Below are positions 36,790 through 49,307 of a stretch of 64,000 nt of DNA, one piece after another. The position numbers were made by a program, and so were the translations under genes. Positions within the stretch are counted from its first letter, which is position 1. Every line of letters begins with the position of its first letter. Origin of the DNA: Spirogloea muscicola (lineage: Eukaryota); contig WELB01000005.1 of assembly GCA_009602725.1 (NCBI GenBank), positions 705,109 to 769,108 on the forward strand. Direction: 5' to 3'. The notes beneath the pieces are model-generated. The model had not been told where the DNA came from and searched no databases. It saw nothing but the letters and a program-made list of their open reading frames with translations.

Positions 36790-39450
36790 TATTTCCTTTA
36801 CCCTTGTACTGGCCCTTGGGGCGTGTTGAGGCAGGCGTAGACGGCGTTGAAGGCTTTGGCAGGCTGCGGGCACTCCCGTATGCGGCGCCCCTTCTGGCCG
36901 CAGTGGTAGCACGCTCGGTGTTCCTCCGGGGCAAATTTCTATTTGCCCTTGGGCACTACCACCGACCGAGGCGGCTGCCGAGGTCGACCATTGTAGCCGT
37001 TCCTAGGCTTGAGGCGCTTCACAACCGAGGGCCCGGGCGCGTCACAATCCTCACCACGGAGCAGGCGCTTCTTCGTAGGGTACACCGAAAATGACTGTCG
37101 CGCTTGCTCAAATAACTTCTCCAAGGTTGTTACATCTCTGTGCGTGAGCTTGTCCAATCGGGATAGTACAGCCACATGATGCGGAAGGCCCGTTTCGAAT
37201 CTTTGGACTTTATCCATAGCGTTCATATTGCCGCACTTCATCAACAGTAGACGGATACGCCTTACATAATCCTCATAGTCGTCGTTGACCATGGTCTCGG
37301 CCGTTCAGCTCCGCATGGACCTCTCCGTACAAGGTGGTCGAGCGGACAACAAATTCCAGGTTTTGTAACCCTGGGTGTTGAGGACGACTTTGTTCTCTCC
37401 CACACAGTGGCGGGATCACCCGCAAGGTACGTGGCGGTGATCACCACCCGGGTTGTCACAGGCGCTTTGCACAATACGAACCACGCGTTCATTTCCGCAA
37501 ACCAGGCGGCGAGGCTGCCTTGCCCATCGTGCTTCGAAGGCTGGCACGGCTGGGCACGCCTCAAGCGTGCACCGTGGCTAGCTTTAGCCCTGAGATGTCG
37601 GACAATCTGTTCCCCCGCGCACATACGGGGAAATAAGCGTTCGTATCTCCTCACACCTTCAACACGGAGATCACGTGCGGATCCCACCCGGGATCGCAGC
37701 CTCAACTTGCTCTCTTAGGCGCTCTAGGCGCCGCGCCTCGGCGGAAGTCAGGCCGTCCAGTCCGGGCGCTTGGAGCTCCGCCAGCCCGTTCGCCACCTCC
37801 TCACCTCGGCCAGAGGTACAGAGGCCGGCGGGGGGGGCTAGGTTGTGCACTTGAGTCGGCGGACTCCATGCCTTTACACCAACACACTGAGGGCCAAGTC
37901 AACGGCGGGCGTAAGACATACCAAAAAGACAATACTACCACATTAACACCTAGCAAGCTAGTGGCCCAAGCAAGCAAAGCCCTCATGGTAGCGCATAGGT
38001 CATACCCCCAGGACGCAAAGCGGCACGCGCAGCCAAGAGAGGGGCCAGGACTGGGTACTGCCAGCCTCTGGCACAGTGCCAGACTACGACCGCCGCCCAG
38101 CGGCGATCGGTTTCACCTCCTTGTCATGCAGACAGGCAATCCGCCGACCGCTGGTAGTTAAGCAGGCAAATAACTGACCCGGCAATTTCACCTGGCAATT
38201 TGAATTGTCGCCGGGGTGATGGATCAGTAGACATTTGGCCAGCCTCGGACGCGTGGATGAAGCGGGCGAGTGGACACCAACACCAATCGGCCCAATGCAG
38301 ATCCACGGGTACACTCTGGCGAGGGATCTCAAATTACAAGAGAGGAATTAGTGCCAGAGCATCAGAAGGAAACTTGTATTGTCAGCCGTATCATCGCAAA
38401 TGTACGAGGCTATCCAGATGCAAGGACACCTCTGATACCAATGTGACGTCCTGATCCCTATACACGCAGTTAGGGGTTAGAACGTCCTGATTGGGTCCGA
38501 TCAATAGGGGTTGAGAAGCAAACCCTCCAGTGAAGCACTACTACAACTGTAACGTTTCCTCCATTCGAAAGTGCCAACGGTGCCGGTAAGCTTACATGAT
38601 CGTATCGTATCTACCGATTGGAAGTCCCACACGGTACCGGTAGCTTTGCTCCACTGTATGTAGCTCAGTACGGTCAAAGGCCCCGGGTTTCGTACTGCAC
38701 GTGCACCGCCCAGGAGGCGCCGCTGCGCGCCCCCTTGGCGCCGCCAGGAGGCGCCGCTTCGTGCCTCCTTGGTGCCGTCCGAGGCGCCGTGTAGCACCGC
38801 CAACGCCAAAGGCGCCGCTTCGCGCCTCCTTGGTGACGCCCAATGGGCGCCGATTCGTGTCTCCTTGTACCGCCCAAAGGGCGTTGCTTCGTATCCCCAT
38901 TTGTCAGGCCCGCCCCTCCGGGGGAGAACCTTGGGGGCGACCCTCGTCGCACCCTCGGGGGAGGGGTGGCAGATGGGACGCTTATCAGAAGTAGGCTGAG
39001 GCCAGACTCCTCAGTCGGACCCGTGACGCCAAGAGAGGCACAGCCCCGCTGCTGCCTGCTGCCGCAGCCGCTGACACAGCTCTGCTGCTGGCCCCTGCTG
39101 CCCAGCCAATCGCCGCAGCTCGTCGCTGCGGGCCTCGCTGGCTCTCTGTAAGTACTATGGCTGCGCCCCTAGCGGGGATAGCTGCTGACCCTCAGTGAGT
39201 CGCTGCCTTCCGGCAGTGCCTCAGGGTAAGACTTCCGCTGCACTACGTGCGCATGTGTGTGCGCTGTGCGCTGGCGTACTACTCTGTAAGGGGGTTGTCT
39301 CCGAATCACTCTATGTCCGAAACCCGAACAGGATGTTCTGACCCTACTTGTGCGATTAGGGACAGGGACGTTACAACAAGACACAGCGGATGTCTTACCC
39401 AGAGGCACCGCTAGAAGGCGGCGACGCTACTGAGGGTCTGGCTTAGTAGC
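36790..39450 (-). mobile_element. Decayed Ty3/gypsy element: gag remnant, tRNA-iMet PBS and interrupted 5' LTR
   Basis: Gag-like AWFAEMNAWF..ATYLAGDPATVW and DKVQRFETGLP. PBS TGGTATCAGAG on minus at 38430-38440; LTR edge TG at 38442. Confidence 0.8.
38548..39375 (+). mobile_element. Solo LTR nested in an LTR
   Basis: Termini TGTAACGT...ACGTTACA; flanks ACAAC/ACAAG (4 of 5 TSD match); host LTR resumes after it. Confidence 0.85.
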
Positions 39451-39702
39451 TGTAACGTTCCCACTTACTGTGAGCGTCAACCCAGATGGTTGCGTTTACC
39501 TGATTGGCACGTGACCGACCTGGCCTGGCCAGGTGGTCGCGCACGGGGGCCTCGGTAGCGCGGTGTCCACCCTGGCGCCCCGCGCACAGGGGCTCGGTGG
39601 CGCGGTGTCCACCCTGGCGCCCCGCTCACGGGGGCCTCGGTGGCGCGGGTCCACCCTGGCGCCTCGCTGTGACCGACCTGGCCTGGCCAGGTGCTCACGC
39701 AC

Positions 39703-42532
39703 TGTGGTAAATATGGGCTAGCAGCCATTACTGCTAAGTAATAAATGCGGAAGCGTCGAGGGTCGGTTAAGCCGAGGCTGAGTGAAAGCGTCTAGGCAGC
39801 AGCTGCAGCGGCGTGGGGAGCAGCAGAGGGCAAGGGAAACCGAGTCTGCGTGTGGAAAGGAAGCCTGAGTGTGGACGGGAACCCCAGCTCGACTGAGCTG
39901 GGTGGGGGCAAGTGCCCTCCTTTTGTGGGTGTCCGAGCCCCTGCACCAAGGGCGTCGGGTGCCCCGGGTCACCAAGGTCTGGTCACCAAAGGTCTGCGTC
40001 GTTCCCGGTCTGCCTCTCGTCTACCCTTGACCTACCCTGACCTGCGCACTGGTCAACAGACCTGCCAAGACTGGCGGCCACGCCCTGCGGTGTCGACACT
40101 TGGCGGCTCCTCGCTGCGCTACGTAAGTACTGGGTAGTGCTGTACTCTACTTGGGTTGGGTTAGTAGTATGGCTTTCCATCAGCCAAGTCTACCTGTTAA
40201 CCGTAGAGGTTTATTCCAGATCCAAAACACACCATCTTAGGCTGCTGGATGGAATGCTATTATGAATCTGCTCTAGGCTAGCCCTGAGGATGCAGGCCTC
40301 CTTCCCTAGCATGGGCAGGCCACATTCTTCCTTCCTAGTCTATGCCTGACTAGTTCGGAGGAAGCAGGCCTTCCTCCCGTCCATGGGCAGGCCACATTTG
40401 ACCTCTTAGTCTTTGCCTGACTAGTCCTGAGGAAGCAGGCCGTCCTCCCGTCGATGGGCAGGCCACATTCAAACCTCCTAGTCGACGGTATCCACCTGCT
40501 TGTGGTAACAATTGGCCAATCCTTTTGGCCCGCAGCTCCCGAAGCTGCCTCGTTCCAGGGTAACCAAGTCGTCGCTGGTGCCTGAGCATGAGTTTGCTGC
40601 TCGCACCGCCTGCTGCCACAAAAGGCAACATCCTCCTTCATCTCCTTTACCCGGGGCCTGCTGTGCAGTATGAACTGCCGCTGCTATCGATATGCCACAC
40701 CCAGCACCTTCTCCTCGATATGGTTCCAGCATTGCCCTCTCCTGAAGTTAAGTCAATTCCCTTCTATGTCACCTGTTGACAGAAAGCAGGTTGTCGGAGA
40801 TACCCAGTACCTGGTACATCTGAGCGGGGATGACTTCGGTCTTCTATCCTTGAACGATGTGGCGCAGAACCACTGATCCAGTGGTTTCTTGCTGCGGCTT
40901 CAGCTGGCGCCCTGCAGCTCGGCGATGGCTTCTTGCTGCGCGTCTTCAGCTGGAGTCCCCCGGCCAAATCTGTGGCCTGGACCTGCACTTTAGCGGGTAG
41001 CTTCTTGCTGCGGCTCTGCTGCTGCTCTGCTCCGGCTCTGCTGCGGCTCTGCTGCTGCTCTGCTGCGGCTTTGCTGCGGCTCTGCTGCTGCTCTGCTGCG
41101 GCTCTAATGCTGCTCTGCCGCTGCTCTGCTGCGGCTCTGCTGCTGCTCTGCTGCTGCTCTGCTGTGGCTCTGCTGCTGCTGCTGCTGCCTTTGAGCGCGG
41201 CTCTCTCCCAGCTGGCGTACTTGCTCAGCTAACGCGGCCTGCTGCTCCGGCTGGCACCCATTGTAGATGCCGAACAACTCCTCCTTCCAATCGTCAGAGT
41301 CGATTTTCTGGACCAGTCCTCTGGCCGCTGCCCCCAGTGCTGCTGTTCTGGTGCTGTTCAGCTCGCGTGCCCAGGCCAATCCTTTGGCTGGCTGCTTAGC
41401 TGGTGTGCCCTGCTGCCGCTGCTGCACCTAGTGACACTGGTTGAGCGCGGAGACCCCATGGCCTCTCCTCTTGCACCTGCTGCAGACATCTGCACGATGG
41501 TCCTCCTTGGGCCTCCACCTGGATGATTACTGTAGTACGCTCACTACATCCGACCATCCCTGCCGCATCGAGAGGAACAAAGGATGCATCCCCTCCTTGT
41601 TGAGTCTCCTCCTTGCTTGAGCTGCAGTGTGGCACCCCATGATGGCACCCTCACTCAGCTTAGCTTGCACTGCCGCTTCCGCTGCCGCCTCCTGGTTGAC
41701 CGCAGCTGCCGCCTTCCTGGTGACAGCCCTGGAAGCCCTTCAGCAGCCGATGCTGCTGGTTCGGTTGCCGCAGCCGCCTCCTCGTCGTTGTCGAGAGGCG
41801 CTGTCGGAGGAACTTCTGCCTTGCCTTGCTGGTCAGCCTCTGCATGTTGACTCACCACCTCCCGGAATCCAAGGGACTTCAGGTGGTACTCCATCACGAA
41901 CCTCCAAGTTGAGATGTCGTTGCTGTCGAAGATCCACGCGTGCCTAACGATCGGCACTCGCTTCCCCCTCCAATACCATGTGGTGAATATGGGCTCGCAG
42001 CCATTACTGCTAACCACTCATTGCGGAAGCGTCAAGGGTCGGTCAAGCTGAGGCTAAGTGAGAGCGTCTAGGCAGCGGCTGCAGCGGCGTGGGCAGCAGC
42101 AGAGGGCAAGGGAGACCGAGCCTGCGTGTGGAAAGGAACCCTGAGTGCGTAAGGGAACCCCGGCTCGACTGAGCTGGGTGGGGGTAAGTGCCCTCCTTAT
42201 GTGGGTGTCTGGGCCCCTGCGCCAAGCGCGTCGGGTGCCCCGGGTCACCAAGGTCTGGTCACCAAAGGTCTGCGTCGGTCCCGGTCTACCTCTGGTCTAC
42301 CCTTGACCTACCCTGACCTGCGCGCCGGTCAACAGTGACCTGCCAAGACCGGCGGCCAGGCCCTGTGGTGCCGCCACTTGGCGGCTCCTCGCTGCGCTAC
42401 ACAACTACCGGGTAGTAGCTCTAATCTACCTGGATTAGGTTAGCACTATTATTTTCATGGCACCATGGCTTACCATCTTCCATCAGCCAAGTCTACCTGT
42501 TAACCGTAGAGGTTAACCCCAGATCCACAGCA
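39703..42532 (-). mobile_element. Internally deleted, non-autonomous Ty1/copia element with both LTRs (39703-40229, 41979-42532)
   Basis: Direct repeats TG...CA with perfect TSD CGCAC (39698-39702 and 42533-42537). PBS-like TGGTATTGGAG at 41968-41978 on minus; copia gag-like FDSNDISTWRFVMEYHLKSLG; knuckle-like CSRCKRRGH at about 41470. No RT or integrase. Confidence 0.85.
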
Positions 42533-43564
42533 CGCACGTGGGCCTCGGTGGCGCGGTGTCCACCCTGGCGCCTTGACACATCGGCCCCGGCAGCGGGGCC
42601 TTCACCTCGACAGGTCTGCCCTCGGGGCGGGCCTCATGCGGCCTGCCCCTCGGGGTGGGCCATGGAGCGACCCCATGCGCCCCCTGGAGGAGGGGCGGTA
42701 CTAGGGATTCTGGGGGCAGAGACACGGACAGCAGTCCGGATTTGTGAAGCGTCGAGAGAGGCGCAGCCCTGCTGCTGCGCTTGCTGCCGCAGCCCGTCGC
42801 CGGCAGGACGCTGCCGACTAGCTGCGAGGCGTCCGTGGCCGGCCCTTGCTGGGGTAGCAGCGGGCTGGTGCTCGGGAGGTGGAGACGCCGCCTGACGGCG
42901 GCGCCCCAGGGCAAGACTTCCGCTGCGCGCTGATGCGCGGGTTTTTCACGGTGATAGGGGTTTGCTCCTAAATTCCTACGTCCGAACCCAATCAGGACCA
43001 GACAGCCTAAAGGCCTGTGTACGGGGGTCGGGTCACTACATTTGGTATCAGAGGCTGTATTGTATATTGCAGGTCTTCACTTTTCACAGACTGATGATGC
43101 AAGGATCCTATAATTTTATGCTCCGACTTTCTTTGAGCGAGATGAATTTTGTCAGAAGTGGGACGTGGTACTGCAGTCGGGGCGGCAATCGCAATTGCTG
43201 CCGGCGCCTCGACTTCATCGGCATCGGCTGCCGAATAGTCCTAAGCAAGCGTACCACGGTCTGCCGGCGGATAGCCCATCAAGAGTGGGAGGTGAAGCCG
43301 GCAGCCGCTGAGCGGCAAAGCTTATATGCTCCACCAAGCTCGGCTTTGTGCTCCAATCTTGGACATTCTCTGCAGTTGCTCTTCTGCCATGCTGTATGGA
43401 GGTACGGGCAGCGCGCTGTCTCGCTTGCTCGCTTGCTGGTGCACCAGTTTTGCGGTGTCCAGCTATGCAGTATATTGAGATATGCTGACCATCGGAACCT
43501 GGTTGATCACTCGGAGTCTCCCTTGGAAGGCATGGAGTCGCGATACTCCAGTGCGCACCCCAGC

Positions 43565-44748
43565 TGTAACGTTCCCTCCGTTTGGGAGTGCCAACGGTGC
43601 CGGTAACCTTACATGGTCGTGTCGTATCTGCCGCGTTTGAACGTCCCAAACGGTACGGGTAGCTCGGCTCCATCGTATGTTGCTTAGCACGGCCCGAGGC
43701 CCCCGTGCTGCGCCCCCGGCGCCGCCGGCCCGAGGCCCCGGTTCCGTACCGCACGTGCTCCGCCCCCGGCGTTGCGGCCTGAGGCCCCGCTTCCGTACCG
43801 CACGTGCTCCGCCCCCAGCGCCGCGGCCCGAGGCCCCGGTTCCGTACCACACGTGCTCCGCTCGAGGCGCCGCGACGCGCCGCCCGACGCGCCGCTTCGC
43901 GCCTCCTCGGAGCCGCCCGAGGCGCCGCGTCGCGCCGTCCGAGGCGCCCCGTCACGCCCCAGGGGCGCCACCTAAGGCGTCCCTCCATCTCTTACTGGTG
44001 CCACCTCAGGCGCCCCAAAGGCCTTCATAAGTGCTTGTCTGAAGCGCCGCGGTTGCGCTTCCTTGGTACCGCCAAGAGGCGCCGCTCCGCGCTCCCTTGG
44101 CGCCACCCTAGTCGCCGCGTCGTGCCGCCCGAGGCGCCGCGTCGCGCCGCCCGAGGCGCCGCGTCGCGCCCCCTTGATGCCGCACAAGGCATCCCGTCGT
44201 ACCTCATTGGCTCTGCCAAGGCGCCCTTCGCGCCGTCCAATAGCGCCGCCTTCGCGCGCCGCTTTGCGCCTCCTTGGAGCCACCCAAGGCGCCGCTCCCC
44301 GTGTCCCCTTCGGCCCGCCCCTCTGGGGGAGGGCCTTGGGGGCGACCCTCGTCACACCCTCGAGGGAGGGTGGCAGAGGAAACGCTATGAGTAGAGGGCC
44401 TTGGCCGGGCTCCCCAGTCCAACCAACGCCGAGAGAGACATGGCCCTGCTGCTGCCTAGCCAGCTCCGCTGCTGCCTGCTGCCGCCGCCGCCGCCACAGC
44501 TCTGCTGCTGCCGCCTGCTGCCCAGCCCGTCGCCGCAGCTCGTCGCTGCAGGCCCCGCCGGCTCTCTGTGAGTCTATGTAGAGTCACCGCACTAGGGCGG
44601 TGCCTCAGGGTAAGACTTCCGCTGCGCTCTATGCGCGTATGTGCGTTGGCGTTCTCCTATATGATGGTTGTCTCCTAAGCACCCTATGCTTCAATGAAAA
44701 CCAGGACATTCTGACCCTAACTGTGTGATTAAGGACACGGATGCTACA
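43565..44748 (+). mobile_element. Solo LTR in a gypsy leader
   Basis: TGTAACGT...GCTACA; perfect TSD CCAGC; same family as 38548-39375. Confidence 0.9.
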
Positions 44749-46239
44749 CCAGCCCTCCTCGGCCGGTTGCACAACCGACTGAAGTGGAGGCGTTCGCCAA
44801 CGAGCTGGCACAACGACTCCGGACGGTACTCCGGACGACGGCCGGCCCTGGGGGCCTGGTCCTCCGGACGGCTTCGGCCCTGGTGGCCTGTCGCAGGAGG
44901 ACTTTGGGCCGAGTCGCACTACTTGTGGAGCGTTTGGAGGCGAAAATGGCTATCGTACCTGCCTCACACGCCTTGGGGGCGTTGTGCGAGGAGGTGCAGG
45001 CCACGCTCAATCGATTTGATACCGCTGAGCGTCGGCGTCGCAGGGCCTGGGCCCAAGTGCACTGGTTGCACGGGGTCCCCGGTGCATGGTTTGCACCACG
45101 CCCAGAGCCAGGCAAACACCCTTCACTGGTCGGATCGCCCGTCCGCACCCCGGAATTACTCCGCCACATGGAGCCTGAGGGCCTCCAAGCCTGGCTGGAC
45201 AACATCACGGATTGGCTCGTGCTATGCGGCACGGCCGAGGAGGCAAGAGCGGGTCTTGTCGCTGCACACCTGAGTGGCGCGCCTCACCAGTGATGGAACT
45301 CCGTTAAAAAGGAACAGCGCTTCCGATTTGATTGGTGGCTGTGAGAGGCCAGCCCAATAGAATGTACAAGGTCGGGAGGGGCCGGATGGCAAGAAAAGCA
45401 CCACTTCCGAGACGTATAACACATGGGAATTTCTATCGTTGGCTGCTTAAAATCCTATACGCAAGCTTGGGGCTGGCTTGGATCTCATATCTGCTGTCAG
45501 CTGCCTTTGGGGCGCCAGCGAGGAGTCAGTGGGGCCGTCTTGCCATGGGTGTACAAGGTGATGTTCAGGCTTGCGGTGCGAAGCCCCTGACCCTTTGCGA
45601 CTGTACTGAGGGCCACTTCCTTGTTGCCTGGTGCTCTTCTGTGTCTAGTACATTCGCATGGCCATTGTTCCGCGCAAAAGATCGAAGCCTGACAAGCCTC
45701 CTCGAGGCGCGAATTGGGTTGCGACAGGCCTTCACCTTCTTCCTTCAAGCTCATTGTTGAAGTGGTGAAGCTCCCTGGGGTGGTGAAACCCATCACAAGA
45801 CTGCGGCGATGGCGAGAGAGCCTTGACGGAGTTACAACATGGGGGCTGACTGGGAGCATGAATGCTGTAGAAGGCGGGAGTGGTCAGCTGTCAGAACCGA
45901 TAAGGCACAGTCCACATCTGCATTATCCTGATCGGCATCCAAATCGATGTCAAGGTCAAACTGCTCAGAAAGTGTTTCCAAATCTCGCTCAACTCCAGGA
46001 GAACTACTAAATATCACCAGATATTTTACAACTCTCTCTCATATCTCACAACTCTCTTGAGAGGCCAGCCCACCACGTAAACTTCAGCTTCTCCATGCCA
46101 ACGTTTCAGCCTCCATTTCTCGTCTGCATATGCTGACAACAGTATAATAATTGCCCATTTGCCTCTTACAGTCCTCTTATATCGAGCCTTCCGGCCCTCT
46201 CAGCCCCAATCTATCTGCCTCCGAGCCCACGCATGCAGT

Positions 46240-46608
46240 GGCTAGTGCCGCGATGCAAGGAGGCGAAACATGCTGACCATTCGGAGAGGACGAGTTTTCA
46301 CTCTTGCCAATCGACGTCCATGGGGCGTTCGGTCCTCAGTGGCTTGAGCCCCTGCACCGGCTAGCGCGCACACCGATTTCCCGACAGTACGAATGGAAAC
46401 AGGCAGACACGGCAGGCTCTCTCGCCTAGGCGTATCGCATGCGCCCATCAGTATCGCTGCCATAATCATGCACACGCGTTGATCTGCATACCGGTCGCGC
46501 TTTGGCTGCAGCCTCTGGATATAGACAGGCGACTCGCTACCTAGATGCTACTTTCTCTGACCTGCGGCTGCTCAACGAGGATCACCGAGTGGCCACTTGA
46601 GTCGCTGT
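46240..46608 (+). mobile_element. Degenerate CRE-like 3' fragment cut by an LTR (another small minus fragment at about 45335-45600)
   Basis: IDVHGAFGPQW, GRALAAASG and SDLRLLN readings; the 3' UTR start matches 660-700 and 9615-9660. Confidence 0.7.
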
Positions 46609-49020
46609 TGTAACGTCCCGTCCCTATACACATAGTTAGGTGACCTGTTAGAACGTCCTCTTCGTGAATCGGACATAGGGCTATTTGGAGACAACCGCGT
46701 TACAGAGTGGAGCACCAGCGGACACAGAGCATACTCGCGCACACGGCGCAGTGGAAGTCTTACCCTGAGGCACCGCCAGAAGGTGGTGACTCTAACGAGG
46801 GCCAGTAGCTGTCCCCATACGGGGCGCAGCCATAGGACTTACAGAGTGACGGCGGGGCCCGCAGCGACGAGCTGCTGCGACGAGCTAAGCAGCAGGCGGC
46901 AGCAGCATCGCTGTGGCGGCTGCTGCAGCAGCAGGCAGCAGCAGCAGAGCTGTGGTGGCGGCTGCGGCAGCAGGCAGTAGCAGGGCTGTGCCTCTCTCGG
47001 TGTAAGGAACCTCGCCCTACATACGCAGTTAGGGTGAGCAGTCCTTCTTGAGTTCGGCTGTAGGGATTTAGGGACCAACCCACTACACAGGCAAAGCACT
47101 AGCGCATAGGCGCAGCGGAAGACAGGCCCCGTGGCGCCGCCGTCCGGCGGCGACTCCACCTCCTGGGCGCAGACCAGCGCAGCAGGCCCGGCAGCAAGGT
47201 GCGGCGGCGGCTGCGGCGGCGAGCAGCGGCAAGGCTGCTCCTGGGCTTCACCGGCTCGAACTCTCCCCGAGCCTCAGTCCCCAAGGCTCTTCGTGCTTCC
47301 CCGTGCCACCCCCCCTCCAGGGGTGTGAGCGGGTCGCCCCAAGGCCTGCCCTTGCGGGCGGGCCCAAGGTCCCCCCTTGGCAGGGTGGAACCTGGCGAGG
47401 GATATTTTTGGGCGGGCGGGGCCCGCCTCTGGGCGGGCAACTTGCCCGGCAAGCCAACCCGCCACCTGGCGGGCCCACTTGTCCCAAATAGCCGGTCATG
47501 AAATGCCAACAGAGCCATGTGGCTTAACCAAACGGCTGGTTCATTACACTTGGCGTCACGGGTCCAACTCCCGAGTCTCGCGTCTGCCTACTACTGATAG
47601 CGTTCCGTCTGCCAGCCCTCCCCTGAGGGTGTGACGAGGGTTGCCCACAAGGTCCTCCCCCGGAGGGGCGGGCCTGACAAGGGCATACGACGAATCCAAG
47701 AAATTGGCGACCCAGGCCAGAAGCCTGGCGCACGAGTCCAAGAGACTAGCGCCAAGAAACTGGCGCACAAGGCCAAGAGAACTGGCCCACCCGAGCCAGC
47801 CCGACTGGGCGTGGGCCCGGGCCGTGCGCACGTGGCACGGAGCCCAGGACCAGGAACCGTACTTAGCTGCACGTGGTGTAGCAAGTAAATGCAACGTTTG
47901 GTTCTCTCAAACGGTAGATACGATACGATCATGTAAGGTTACCGGCACTGTGGGCACCAAAACAAAGGGAACGTTCCATACCTCCCCACTCAGATGTTCA
48001 CGTCCTCGAGAATAAGAAGGGAGCACTACAGGAGTTTGACCCATGGAAATCGAGCCCAGCGGGAAGACTAGACGACGGGGAGAAGAAGCATTGCCTCCTG
48101 TTAGATACGTAGGTACGAGGGAAGGACAACTGGCAAGATGACCGCATATTCCCATTGTGCTCAGGCCCGTAGCAGAGCCACTTGATGAGGTACTTACGGG
48201 ACTTACGACGCCCACGGAGATTGTCCCGGTGTGAAAGAGCCTCTTCCACTTGAAACTCTTCGTCGTTGTCAAGAACGAGGGGAGGTGGGGGCGCTTGGAC
48301 ACGGCCATTCGTATGCTGTGGCTCGAGCTGAGACACGGAAATCCTTATGGATTCTCCGTTGTACCGGTGTATCAAGCTCATATGCGACCTTGCCGACCAG
48401 GCGCATTACACGAAAGGGTCCAACGTACTTTGGCAGCAACTTGTGCGTACCCACAGCCCGCAAGGCAAGGCACTTAGTGCTCAACAGCACTTGGGCACCC
48501 ACGTCGAAGAACACATCCCTACGACGTAGATCAGCATACTACTTCTGCCGGTTCTGAGCAATTGCCGAGAACTGCTCAGCCTTCCGCTGAGCCTCCGGGA
48601 GGTCACCGGTAAAGTTTACTGCGGCCAGAACGCGCTCCGGCCTCCCCAAGTGCAAAGGTGATCAGGGACACTGCCATTCGGGAAGAAGTGTGTGTCTTTG
48701 GTAGAGTCATGAAAGGCGTTGTTCACAGCATACTCTGCTAGTATGTCATTCAAGTATACCAGTACAGAGTCATGCGATGGGGCCCAAAGACTCCCATTGT
48801 CACAGCCTGACACGGGGCTGGAAGTGTCCGAGCGGCGCACAACAAGCCGATTCCAGAGCTTGCCCAGGCGTGATACAAAGTTGGTGATAACCTCTTTACA
48901 AATCGGGGGAGCAAAACATACTTACTCTTCCCGAGACGATTACATAGATCAAAACATGCGAGGCAGAGGGCACCGGTTCTTGACAGTGAGCTTGATTAGA
49001 GCCCGATGGTGGATGCACAT
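46609..49020 (-). mobile_element. Chromovirus-type gypsy 3' end: 3' LTR 46609-47978, PPT, chromodomain and integrase C-terminus
   Basis: PPT (minus) GAGTGGGGAGGTA at about 47979-47991; EEFQVEEALSHR..KYLIKWLCYGPEHN; KLLPKYVGPFRV (GPF/Y motif). Confidence 0.85.
47001..47548 (-). mobile_element. Solo LTR nested in an LTR
   Basis: TGTAAG...ATTACA; flanks CTCGG/CTTGG; homologous to 58899-59444. Confidence 0.85.
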
Positions 49021-49307
49021 CCGCTAATTACGACCAGGAAGCGGATAGGTGCATCATACAGCGACTAGGGAGCTCACTATTGCCGCACTTTGCACATCCG
49101 CCACTTGGGATTTCATATCTCAACACTCGAGAGTATACAGTTGATATAGAGGGCAGTACGGCGGCAGAGCGCCGGACGTCCAGAGGAGTTCGGGAAATGC
49201 CGCACAAGTCCAAGGGACTTGTCTTACTGTCTATCCACCTGGTAAGATGACTAGGTAGACATATCTCGTGGGACTTGTGTTTAGCCGTGTGTTTGTTCGA
49301 AGGACCC

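Larger units (their letters stand above)
39451..45293 (+). mobile_element. Truncated Ty3/gypsy element: 5' LTR 39451-43040 (interrupted), PBS 43043-43053, leader, gag 5' part 44784-45293
   Basis: LTR starts TGTAACGTT and ends CTACA, then TT-TGGTATCAGAG. Gag-like LQAWLDNITDWLVLCG..AAHLSGAP. Confidence 0.8.

Noticed and set aside
43677..44581. Long Arg/Ala/Pro-rich ORFs in LTRs and GC islands (also 18397-19329 and 31970-32824)
   Set aside because: Open by GC bias in many frames at once; they overlap LTR U3 repeats or real exons.
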